A stretch of 64,000 bases of DNA from the IMG/VR virus record IMGVR_UViG_3300036715_004471, positions 186,001 through 250,000 of that record. One strand, given 5' to 3'. Positions 31,742 to 40,498 of the stretch are shown one piece after another. The stretch's first letter is position 1, and each line of letters begins with the position of its first letter. The translations under genes were made by a program, and so were the position numbers. Below the pieces are notes generated by a model that saw nothing but the letters and a program-made list of their open reading frames with translations, did not search any database and had not been told where the DNA came from.

Positions 31742-33064
31742 TTAAGCGGCAACTATAGTCAATTTTATTATCACTGTCCATTTGATATTAGAAGCAGCTG
31801 AAGACCCAGTATATATATTCAAATTATTTCCAGCAATTGTAATATCTGGTGCTACCCAAGAAGATGCTGCGGCAGTATTTCTAGGATCAGTGCTTGTTAA
31901 AACGCCACCAATTATTTTAGGAGCGCTAGCAGTATCTCTTAAATATCCTACACTGTAATTATATTGCGCCGCCGCATCAGTTCCAACAATTTTTCCGATA
32001 TATTCCACATCTACTTTAGTTGCAGTATTATCTACCAAAAGATAACTTAAAGCCAATGCCGGATTTGGCGCAATAGATGTTGTAACAACTCTTAAAGAAT
32101 AAACTTGTCCAGATGAATTCCCCCATATATTTGGGTTCAATGAAGATCCTATTACAAAGTTATCTCCATCAGATTGTTTAATCCAAAGCTGACCCTTTTG
32201 AGAATATAAAATCGTTCCATTAACAGGAATACCAGTTACAGGTGGAACTTCAGTATCTCTTATATACATTACCATATCACCAGTATCAGCTGGCATGTCA
32301 GATGAAGTTAATGATACCGGATTTAATATTGACAATACTTTTTGTCCAGATGGTAAATTAGCTAATTGCAACATTTCAGTCGTATCACCAATTTGTAATG
32401 ATATTCCACCTAATTTACCACTTCCATCTTTATCTCCTCCTCTCAAAATAAGATTACCACCATTACCATCAGTAAATGTAGATGACTGAGCGGCAACAGT
32501 AAAATTACCAGCATTTGATGTTGTATTTGAATCTTGTGTAATTATGGGAATTGCTGATTCTATAAAATTAATAGAATCACAAGATGCTCTTAACACGCCA
32601 GCAACACCAGTAATGCCTATTACATTTTGAGATACATTATTACCATTTAAATCTCCAGAAGGATTAAAAATATTAACTGGTGGAGAAGGAGTCCATACAG
32701 TACCGTCCCATGTTAATACATCACCAGTAACTGGAATCGAGGCGCTAATAGATTTGCCTTGTATTTTTTTAACACTGATATTGGTAGCAATACCATCAAT
32801 ATCACCAGATATTTGAATTAAACCTTTATTAGATGTTGTTGCATCAGGTATTTCAGGAGCGGCAGTAATGATATTTAATTGTTCAATTGCATTTTGCAAA
32901 TTTGATACTACTACATTATTGGATAATTCAATAGGATTAGTCAGATCTATTTGCTCTGCTTTATGTCTAAAATTATAACCATCAATATGATTTTGAAAAT
33001 GAAATCTGTCAGTTACTAATCTACCAACATCTGTTTTATAATTCGGGACTAATGGTGTGGTCAT
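31742..33064 (-). CDS. Fibre-like virion protein (440 aa)
   Basis: Fibre-type segments (KIQGKSISASIPVTGDVLTWDGTVWTP; Gly-rich GNGGNLILRGG) and a beta-rich C-terminal domain. Confidence 0.55.
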   Translation of the reverse strand: MTTPLVPNYKTDVGRLVTDRFHFQNHIDGYNFRHKAEQIDLTNPIELSNNVVVSNLQNAIEQLNIITAAPEIPDATTSNKGLIQISGDIDGIATNISVKKIQGKSISASIPVTGDVLTWDGTVWTPSPPVNIFNPSGDLNGNNVSQNVIGITGVAGVLRASCDSINFIESAIPIITQDSNTTSNAGNFTVAAQSSTFTDGNGGNLILRGGDKDGSGKLGGISLQIGDTTEMLQLANLPSGQKVLSILNPVSLTSSDMPADTGDMVMYIRDTEVPPVTGIPVNGTILYSQKGQLWIKQSDGDNFVIGSSLNPNIWGNSSGQVYSLRVVTTSIAPNPALALSYLLVDNTATKVDVEYIGKIVGTDAAAQYNYSVGYLRDTASAPKIIGGVLTSTDPRNTAAASSWVAPDITIAGNNLNIYTGSSAASNIKWTVIIKLTIVAA

Positions 33065-33099
33065 AGGTTTCCTTGTGTTTTATATATGTTTTTATTAAC

Positions 33100-34785
33100 T
33101 TAAGGAGGAAGAATTATTTGATGAGTATGACCTAATACTTCCATAACGTTTCCATTTATTATTGGATGGTTATGACCTTGATTTACAGCTGTTGTTTGAT
33201 TAATTTGTATAACAGAAGTTATCTTTTCATTTATAACAATTTCATGAACATGTGGCGGAATGCCCGGCACAAAACTAACAGTGGTTGACAATTTTGTTGG
33301 AAACATAGATGTATTTCTAAAAACTCTAATTTGATAAGCTGGATCAAATTTTCTAATTCTCATTACTCTGAATAATTGACCGCCCTGTTGACCCAAAATA
33401 GTATTATTTCTAGTCACAGAAATAACTTCATATCTAAACTCTTCATTATCATCAATATCAAATAGAATTATAACATCTCTAGTTTTGATAGTTGGTACGG
33501 TCAGCGTCCATAGATTTAATGGAAACTCTGATTCTAATCCTGCCTCATACATTTTTGTTTGCTCATCTGTAGGAGATGGACGAACCATAATTCTACCGTC
33601 TGATTGTCTTGGATTGAAATATTGTTCATAACCAAATACAAACTTGGTACCATAACATAGCGGACATCTATCATCAGGATATTCACTACTAGCCAAATAA
33701 CAAGAACATGTAATACCTGTTTGAACCCTTCTGATTAATACTGCCGGTCTACCAGTAACAGATAATTCAACTTCTTGTCTTTGATCGTTATGATCTTGTA
33801 AATTGAAACCTCTCAAAATATTGTAATTGCCATAACCGTCTATACATCCTATTTCTCCGCCAATATAACTTCCAACGCATGTTCCATTTAATAATTGTAC
33901 TGGATCTGTTCTATGGTATCCTGCAAAATCATACATAGGAAAACCTACGTTAGCAGCATCAGAAGCGCTAAGATCTGTAGATAATAAATCTTTAGTTACT
34001 TGATGATAACCATCAATCAAAGTATATGGATAATTAGGATATTCAAATCTAGATTGGCATACAAAAATTCTATCAAATTGAGAAGATTCATCAATAGTGA
34101 ATTCAATAACTGAAGGGTTCCAAACCGTAATACCATCAAACCCCGCCACGGTATGGGGTTTAGCCACAGAGTTGTTATAACCTCTTTGTGATAAATCTAT
34201 TAAAATCAAATTCATATTAGCAGGATCAATAGAAGAATATTGTATTAATTCTCCGCCGATTTTAATTATTCCAGTTTCTGAAAAACCAGTAACATCTAAT
34301 AATGGAATGATTAAGTCATCTGCAAGAATATCTTGTCTTAAAATACTAAAAGGATATATTCTAAGGTTATCATAAGCAATAGGAAGTTGATTTAGATCAA
34401 AAGCCAATGGATCGTATTCTACTGGTCTTACACTAAAAAAATATTCTTGACCCGGAACAAGATCAATGATATTTGCTTCTAAAGTTCCATCCATAGAAAC
34501 ATATTTAACACCTTCAATAAAGATATCTTCTTTAATGGTAGAATAATAAAGATGATATGCTATTTGATTAGTTTTAATTGTAGGATAAACCTGATACCAT
34601 TTTATGTTAATAGTGTAACCATCACCAAGGCTGTGAACATGGTCTAATCCGGCTCTGATTGGGTTTAAGTAATATGGCATATCATTATTCAGATTTATTA
34701 GCCTCAAAATTTCACAATATCTAAAGTCTCGACAAAAACTTGGGGCTATATTATAGGGGAAGTAGTTATTATCTGATTGTAGCAC
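33100..34785 (-). CDS. Neck/head-closure-like protein with extra domains; true start may be ATG 34680
   Basis: Core TGRPAVLIRRVQTGITCSCY...RCPLCYGT...TIKTRDVII...FRYEVISV resembles head-closure proteins; FN3-like N-terminal segment; C-terminal HxH repeats. Confidence 0.55.
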   Translation of the reverse strand: MLQSDNNYFPYNIAPSFCRDFRYCEILRLINLNNDMPYYLNPIRAGLDHVHSLGDGYTINIKWYQVYPTIKTNQIAYHLYYSTIKEDIFIEGVKYVSMDGTLEANIIDLVPGQEYFFSVRPVEYDPLAFDLNQLPIAYDNLRIYPFSILRQDILADDLIIPLLDVTGFSETGIIKIGGELIQYSSIDPANMNLILIDLSQRGYNNSVAKPHTVAGFDGITVWNPSVIEFTIDESSQFDRIFVCQSRFEYPNYPYTLIDGYHQVTKDLLSTDLSASDAANVGFPMYDFAGYHRTDPVQLLNGTCVGSYIGGEIGCIDGYGNYNILRGFNLQDHNDQRQEVELSVTGRPAVLIRRVQTGITCSCYLASSEYPDDRCPLCYGTKFVFGYEQYFNPRQSDGRIMVRPSPTDEQTKMYEAGLESEFPLNLWTLTVPTIKTRDVIILFDIDDNEEFRYEVISVTRNNTILGQQGGQLFRVMRIRKFDPAYQIRVFRNTSMFPTKLSTTVSFVPGIPPHVHEIVINEKITSVIQINQTTAVNQGHNHPIINGNVMEVLGHTHQIILPP

Positions 34786-34918
34786 CTCTTTTCATAAAAG
34801 ACTTTATCATACAACCAAACTGTGATAGATAATTAAGCATTTCAGAGATTATCACATGACTATAGAAGTAGTTTTAAGTTAAGAGCGAGGCTTGGTCTAT
34901 CCTTAGTAACCTAAGAAT

Positions 34919-35440
34919 TTATACCTTTGCCATTAAAGTTTCTTTTTTATCTTTCTTCTCTTTTTTGTCATCTATTTCGTGATGATCTAAAAGCTGATCA
35001 ACATATTCTTCGGCTTCTTGGTCTCCGAAATTATCAGCAATATATTGAACTTGATTTTGAAAACCTTCTTGCTCAAAAGGATTATCTAGATAACTTCCTT
35101 CATCTGAACTTTGTGTTGGTTTGGTGCCAGTTGTTTGTTGTAACCAATGAGTAATTTCATGTACACCGTAAGAGAAATCTTCAAAAAAGTCACCATCACA
35201 CAATAACTTATAATTGAAAACAATAACTCCATGATCAGTTTTGGCGGATACATCAAGATTTCCAAATCTCATAGGAATGAAATCTATTTCTTCTATTTCT
35301 ACACCATATTCTTTAAACATATCTTTAGTAGTATCATCTTGCTTTAAGAATTCTCTTAACTTTTTGATCATTCTATTTAGAGATTGATATGGTAATTTTT
35401 TAACTTGCGTTAATGATAGTTTTTTCTCTTTGGCAGGCAT
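34919..35440 (-). CDS. Zincin-like metallopeptidase (HExxH)
   Basis: VHEITHWLQQ followed by YLDNPFEQEG (candidate third ligand Glu). Confidence 0.65.
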   Translation of the reverse strand: MPAKEKKLSLTQVKKLPYQSLNRMIKKLREFLKQDDTTKDMFKEYGVEIEEIDFIPMRFGNLDVSAKTDHGVIVFNYKLLCDGDFFEDFSYGVHEITHWLQQTTGTKPTQSSDEGSYLDNPFEQEGFQNQVQYIADNFGDQEAEEYVDQLLDHHEIDDKKEKKDKKETLMAKV

Positions 35441-35505
35441 GTTTATATGACTAAATAGTCGTTGTGTGCCTATTAGATATGAAAATGTTTATACTGGAAG
35501 AATGC

Positions 35506-36405
35506 TTAAATTATTTGTCTTGCACGTAAATGTCTCAAACGTTTGAATGCTGGATTCATGCCACTTGTCATCCCAAATACGCCGAGACCGCGTGGAGCAG
35601 GGCGTAGACTCGCTTTAATCATTTTTAGTTTTTCCCAATAATGAGTTAAAAGAGTACTATATTGTGTATTCATCAATTCGCTAACAGTTGGTGGATTAAA
35701 ATTTAATCCATTATCAGTAAATTGAAATTCGCGTCCACGTTCAATCAATGCTTTGGAGGCTAAAGAATAAAGAGTAGCGCCTTCTACCAAGATTTCTCCA
35801 AATTGCTCCACAAAATAATCATCATCAAAAGTAAAGAAAGTAAAATAGGGTACTTGATTAAAATCCCACAAAGCAGTTGCTACGAAAGTTGTTAACATAT
35901 CTATAGAGAAAATATCACAGTCCACATAAACAACATTACCAAAAGAATCAGTTGCTTTTGCTTTTCCCGAACTATTTAATCTGTTTTTCAATGATTTAAT
36001 TAACTTATTGATATTTTTAGTGGCACATTGAGAATAATTAAAACCGGGGTCATCACCTAAATGAACATATCCATCAGTATTAATTCCTGGCATTTGAGTA
36101 TGTGCTACTACAAAAGAAAATGTAGTTTCTATTCTAAACCCATTAATGAAACCGGTCCACACATCATTAAAAACACCATAGGGTCCATTGATTGGAATAG
36201 TGTAAATGAAAGAGTATTTGCCAGGAGCTATTTTAGATACTCCCGCTGAAGTTGGTAATAAAGCAACTAGACCACTAGGCTGAATTATAGAAATTTGAGG
36301 AAAAGAATCTGTATCAACAGCATTTCCTGATGAGTCTTTGAATTGTACTGTTAAATTAACTTGGTCTGTAACATCAATTAATTCACCACGTGCCTTAATA
36401 GTCAT
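35506..36405 (-). CDS. Head-tail adaptor/neck protein with N-terminal Ig-like domain
   Basis: Ig-like start (VNLTVQFKDSSG...GKYSFIY); helical C-terminal half (ALIERGREFQFTDNGLNFNPP) resembles neck adaptors; synteny. Confidence 0.5.
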   Translation of the reverse strand: MTIKARGELIDVTDQVNLTVQFKDSSGNAVDTDSFPQISIIQPSGLVALLPTSAGVSKIAPGKYSFIYTIPINGPYGVFNDVWTGFINGFRIETTFSFVVAHTQMPGINTDGYVHLGDDPGFNYSQCATKNINKLIKSLKNRLNSSGKAKATDSFGNVVYVDCDIFSIDMLTTFVATALWDFNQVPYFTFFTFDDDYFVEQFGEILVEGATLYSLASKALIERGREFQFTDNGLNFNPPTVSELMNTQYSTLLTHYWEKLKMIKASLRPAPRGLGVFGMTSGMNPAFKRLRHLRARQII

Positions 36406-36407
36406 AA

Positions 36408-36740
36408 TTATCCTATTGTAGTGCTAAAGTTTCCAAACGGAGCACTTACTGTTATTTGATATCCACGAGTATTAAGAATATCCTGATAGTTAGTGAAAGA
36501 TACGTCGACTAAATAACTTCCTACGGAAATCGCTCCTGTAGGCAAATCAAACTGATAATAATACAAACCAGTATCTAATGGTATCATTGGTTGAGGATAC
36601 CCAGTAGCCAAGGTTAATCCTGGAAAAATAATTCTGTCTACAGTTGGTACAGTTGTACTATCTACACGAACACCATATCCGTCAGTTGTCTCTAGAAAAA
36701 TTGTTACTTTTTGCCCCGGAAAATAAGACAGTATTTGCAC
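36408..36740 (-). CDS. Small Ig-like virion protein (110 aa)
   Basis: GAGG RBS with GTG start; resembles the N-terminal domain of the next gene (TGLYYYQFDLP vs PGKYSFIYTIP). Confidence 0.55.
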   Translation of the reverse strand: MQILSYFPGQKVTIFLETTDGYGVRVDSTTVPTVDRIIFPGLTLATGYPQPMIPLDTGLYYYQFDLPTGAISVGSYLVDVSFTNYQDILNTRGYQITVSAPFGNFSTTIG

Positions 36741-36810
36741 ATAAACCTCACTCTTAATGTATATCCTAATATCAACTAAAAATTATGAATATACACACAT
36801 TACAATTAGA

Positions 36811-37200
36811 ATGAAAAATAAAGAAACTTTTTGGATAACCAATATTTCTAAAATGAATGTCAGTTTATCTGATCTTAATGTGACTATTAAAGCATTGAGT
36901 TCAGTCAATTTACTTGATGACAAACATTATTCATTGAATAAAGAGCAACTTTTGAAATCTGCAAAAGATGGCTCTTTGTTTAATAAGAGAAATAAGCTGT
37001 TTATTCGTAAGATGCCTCCAGAAAGCGAAAAACCTAAAACTTTATTTAATCGTGAAAGTGCAATACCATCAAGAGAAAGATCAATATACGCGATTAAAGA
37101 AGAACAATATGAAGAACTTCATATGAGTGATACTGAGTTTGCTTCCGAAAATGCTGATTTAGCAGAAATGGATGCGCAACCACTTTTGAAAAAGGTATAA
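36811..37200 (+). CDS. Hypothetical protein, paralogous to the N-terminus of 46105..46755
   Basis: First gene of the only plus-strand island; start taken as ATG 36811 (track uses 36757). Confidence 0.6.
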   Translation: MKNKETFWITNISKMNVSLSDLNVTIKALSSVNLLDDKHYSLNKEQLLKSAKDGSLFNKRNKLFIRKMPPESEKPKTLFNRESAIPSRERSIYAIKEEQYEELHMSDTEFASENADLAEMDAQPLLKKV

Positions 37201-37202
37201 TC

Positions 37203-37382
37203 ATGGAACATCGCAAACAAATAACAAATATTGTAAATAAAATCATAGCTAGTGAATGGATAAATGAAGAAACTGATTCTGTAGATGAATTAGTACAAAG
37301 CTATGAAGAATTGAATAAAAAAGTTGATTTGGTGATGTCTAAAATTAAAGATAGAAAAGAAAAAGAGAAAAAGAAAAAATAA
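37203..37382 (+). CDS. Small hypothetical protein with a Lys-rich tail (59 aa; below track cutoff)
   Basis: ATG 2 nt after the previous stop; MEHRKQITNIVNKIIASEW...KEKEKKKK. Confidence 0.55.
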   Translation: MEHRKQITNIVNKIIASEWINEETDSVDELVQSYEELNKKVDLVMSKIKDRKEKEKKKK

Positions 37383-37403
37383 ACTTAACAAGGAGTGTAT
37401 ACC

Positions 37404-37694
37404 GTGCCAGAAAATACTTTGAATGAGCAACTTAACAAGAGGGATTTAGAAGTATTTTTGGAAGTCAATAGAAAGTCTGTTGAAATAGAAACAGAAGTTG
37501 CTGAACAAAATGAAGAAATCATCTCACTACTTAATGATAACAAAAAGAAGCAAGATGATTTGGATGTCAAAGTTGACAAACTTATCAAACAAACTGAAGA
37601 GATCAATAAGGACATCTTTAAGATTCAGGTTCTTTTCATCACAGGAATTTTGTCCTTAGTAATTCAAATTATTCAGATGTTCATTAAGAAATAA
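37404..37694 (+). CDS. Coiled-coil protein with a C-terminal membrane anchor
   Basis: AAGGAG RBS before GTG 37404; heptad-like region then IQVLFITGILSLVIQIIQMF. Confidence 0.6.
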   Translation: MPENTLNEQLNKRDLEVFLEVNRKSVEIETEVAEQNEEIISLLNDNKKKQDDLDVKVDKLIKQTEEINKDIFKIQVLFITGILSLVIQIIQMFIKK

Positions 37695-37925
37695 TCAGTG
37701 TTTTAACACAGTTACATCAGTGGCTTTAGGATCTCCGCGCTTGTTAGTACCGAGACCGAAAGTCACTTTTTGACTTTTATAGAGAGTCTTAAAACCTTCA
37801 CAAGATACATCTGAGAAGTGAACAAACAAATCTTTTTGTTGTACTCCTTCTTTTTCCCAACCAACAAATCCATATCCACGCTTTGGATCAAACCATAATA
37901 CTTCGCCAAAAAACTTATCACTCAT
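37695..37925 (-). CDS. csp: Cold-shock domain protein
   Basis: GEVLWFDPKRGYGFV (RNP1) and DLFVHFSDV (RNP2), GFKTL...KVTF...KATDV. Confidence 0.9.
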   Translation of the reverse strand: MSDKFFGEVLWFDPKRGYGFVGWEKEGVQQKDLFVHFSDVSCEGFKTLYKSQKVTFGLGTNKRGDPKATDVTVLKH

Positions 37926-37926
37926 T

Positions 37927-38205
37927 TTAATCATCCTTTGCTACTAACTGTCCGTTAATAAACAATTCTCCACCGCCACCTAATAATTTGTAAACATCTA
38001 CTGCGCCCAACTGAGAAATATCTAATCTCTCTTTTTCATTAGTACAGTTTTTCATTAGTTTATCATACTTAGCAAAAATCAACAACATATCTTTCTCACA
38101 ACCAACCATGCGGGCATGAGTCAATAAACGACGACGAGTTTCGCGTTCGGTCAATACTTTGTCACTCAGATTATTAGGATCTAAGGCGTCAATCTTATAG
38201 CTCAT
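37927..38205 (-). CDS. Hypothetical protein (92 aa)
   Basis: Tightly packed with neighbours; AAGGTG RBS. Confidence 0.6.
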   Translation of the reverse strand: MSYKIDALDPNNLSDKVLTERETRRRLLTHARMVGCEKDMLLIFAKYDKLMKNCTNEKERLDISQLGAVDVYKLLGGGGELFINGQLVAKDD

Positions 38206-38220
38206 TTATACTTTCACCTT

Positions 38221-38535
38221 TCATATCTTAAATGATTTGTTTTTGAAATTAATGTATGGAATCTCAATATCTAGATTTCTCTTTCCATCTAGCTCATATA
38301 CCAATGTCCTATTATTAGGTAGTTTAGTAGATGGAAAAATTCCAATAATTTTAAGTCTTCCAGAATGTACCATGGCGTGATGATTTGCACAAATAACAGC
38401 TAAGTTAAATATATGATTGGTTGTATTAATTTCGGTTCTTTCTATAATGTGATGTAAATGCAACGCTTCCGGAACATTTACATCACACCCTTCAATTTCA
38501 CATTGGTTTTTGATTATTTTTTTTACTTTCTTCAT
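38221..38535 (-). CDS. Small HNH endonuclease; start revised to ATG 38535
   Basis: CEIEGC...LHLHHIIE...NHIFNLAVICANHHAMVH. Confidence 0.8.
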   Translation of the reverse strand: MKKVKKIIKNQCEIEGCDVNVPEALHLHHIIERTEINTTNHIFNLAVICANHHAMVHSGRLKIIGIFPSTKLPNNRTLVYELDGKRNLDIEIPYINFKNKSFKI

Positions 38536-38548
38536 GAAAATCGTTATA

Positions 38549-38881
38549 TCACCTTGTTGCCCAAGCTTCAATTCTCACTACACCAGAACCCCTAAACCAT
38601 ATTTTAGAAATTACTCTATTCTCAAAGACAAGACTGGCGCTTGCTTTTCCAACAACCATATCACCATGAACTGTGGTTCCATTGAAACTGTATTCTACAG
38701 GACCGCCACTCTCTAGTTGAAAAGTAACTGTTTGAGTAGGGAATGTAATAATCATATCAGGTTGTTCACCGCTAATAGATTGATCGCCAAATTCAGTTGC
38801 AACAACAGTAAACTTGTTGTAAAAATTGAAATCCTTTCCATTGGTAGTAAATCCTATATTTGGAAAATTATTAGTTGGCAT
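38549..38881 (-). CDS. Small beta-rich hypothetical (probably virion) protein
   Basis: GGGGAG RBS; beta-strand pattern. Confidence 0.6.
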   Translation of the reverse strand: MPTNNFPNIGFTTNGKDFNFYNKFTVVATEFGDQSISGEQPDMIITFPTQTVTFQLESGGPVEYSFNGTTVHGDMVVGKASASLVFENRVISKIWFRGSGVVRIEAWATR

Positions 38882-38914
38882 TTGTGTCTCCCCTATAATG
38901 TATTATTATGTAGC

Positions 38915-40138
38915 TCATAATGAATTAACAAAAATTAACAATAACTGCTTGGCTTGTTCTGGAGTTAATCCTGATTTAGAAATTGCTTCACCAATACTTC
39001 CAGATATTAAATGATTTGAATTTGGTTCATCTAAAATTGCATTAGTAATAGATAATGGGTTTAACAAAAATGAATCATTAACAACCGCTGATCCAGTACT
39101 ATTATTTATTAGTTCTCCAACGCCTCTTATAATAATATTTCCATTGGTTACAGTGCTATCTAATGTAACTTGTCCGGCATCAAGATCTATTGTTATTGGT
39201 TCAGATTGATTTTTATTAATTATAGATAACCTACCATCATATCCTCTTACAGCAAGAGCGGACGCGCTATTATTGAAATCAATAACGGGGTGATGTGTTG
39301 GAATATCGCTCCAACAATCCAAAAATATAGCATCTCCAGCAAGCATTATCGTATCACTTAAAATTGATGACTCTATTATACCATTTACATAATTTAAATC
39401 TAATATCTTGCAATCTTTAATGGTAGATCCTCCATCAAGAGTGCCTTGAATAGTAGCATCATGAAATTCACATCCTTGAACCTGTGCTAACGAATCAATA
39501 GTTAATATGGATTTTGTAATACTTTCGCCATAAAATACTTTTCCAGCATAATTTAATCCACTATCAATTAATGCACTACCCAAAATAAATAGTTTAGAAA
39601 AACCTCTTGTATTAGCAATAGATAGCGCATCATTAAAATTATTTACTGGCTGTCTTGGCGTTCCAATAGGATAAGCCGTTCCAGTATATAATGAAAGTAA
39701 ATCTACAGTTACGCCATTACTAAAGCTACTATATTGAATATCTTTTAGTTCTTGTAATGTGGAGCTAGATGAAGATGTTCTAACTACCTGGGTATATGCT
39801 GTAGTTAAAATTGGATCTATATTGTTATTATTAGTATCTATCGCTACTAAATTTCCTCCTTGTACATTACATTGTACGAAGGTTGGTCCGGGACGAGCCT
39901 CAAAAGCTAATAAAGCATTTTGTAATGTGGCAGTAATACCAACGAATACTCCGCCGCCCAAACTATCTTTACCATTAGCGTTAATTATTTTTGAATATGA
40001 TAAATTGTATATTTGTTCTTCTTCTACGCGACAAGTATCAACCAAATCCTGTATTGTAATATCTACTGATGGAGACAACACAGTTATAATACGCGGAGAG
40101 CTAATCCAATCAAATTGTAAATCATTTCTTATTGCCAT
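38915..40138 (-). CDS. Fibre/appendage-like protein with beta-helix segment; start revised to ATG 40138
   Basis: Beta-helix-like repeats (QGCEFHDATIQGTLDGGSTIKDCKIL); N-terminus resembles that of 40499..42925. Confidence 0.55.
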   Translation of the reverse strand: MAIRNDLQFDWISSPRIITVLSPSVDITIQDLVDTCRVEEEQIYNLSYSKIINANGKDSLGGGVFVGITATLQNALLAFEARPGPTFVQCNVQGGNLVAIDTNNNNIDPILTTAYTQVVRTSSSSSTLQELKDIQYSSFSNGVTVDLLSLYTGTAYPIGTPRQPVNNFNDALSIANTRGFSKLFILGSALIDSGLNYAGKVFYGESITKSILTIDSLAQVQGCEFHDATIQGTLDGGSTIKDCKILDLNYVNGIIESSILSDTIMLAGDAIFLDCWSDIPTHHPVIDFNNSASALAVRGYDGRLSIINKNQSEPITIDLDAGQVTLDSTVTNGNIIIRGVGELINNSTGSAVVNDSFLLNPLSITNAILDEPNSNHLISGSIGEAISKSGLTPEQAKQLLLIFVNSL

Positions 40139-40490
40139 TTTTTTCCAAGTATTCAATCATGCAGGCTTCGCGTTTTATTGAGGCTTGCTCTTCAATTATA
40201 GCTTGTCTTAACAACAAGATTGTTGACATTCTTTTTTGTATAGTAGATTTGATTTTTGGCAAATCACTTAGTATCCAATTATATTCAGTATCATCAAGTT
40301 TAGATATGCCAAAATTATGTAATCTGATTTTAGTTTCTAAACTTGATGATGCAACTTCTTCTTGAAAAGAAGCTTCTTTTTCGGAGTCAATTGATTTTTC
40401 AAAAAGAAGTATATTATTTTTTCTTTTTTCTTGCAAATTTATTAAAGAATCAAGATCATATTTAATAGCTTCTTTTTCAATATCATTCAT
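40122..40490 (-). CDS. Coiled-coil hypothetical protein (possible fibre chaperone)
   Basis: 122 aa, helical, charged; AAGGA RBS; chaperone role is inference from position. Confidence 0.55.
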   Translation of the reverse strand: MNDIEKEAIKYDLDSLINLQEKRKNNILLFEKSIDSEKEASFQEEVASSSLETKIRLHNFGISKLDDTEYNWILSDLPKIKSTIQKRMSTILLLRQAIIEEQASIKREACMIEYLEKNGNKK

Positions 40491-40498
40491 ATAAATCC

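Noticed and set aside
1-36740. Extracellular contractile injection system or tailocin
   Set aside because: Capsid, cement, prohead protease and neck genes are in the same operon, so this is a complete phage morphogenesis module.
37382-37439. 11-bp direct repeat AACTTAACAAG
   Set aside because: Only two copies with no spacer array; one overlaps an RBS and one is coding. It is not CRISPR-like or an evident att site.
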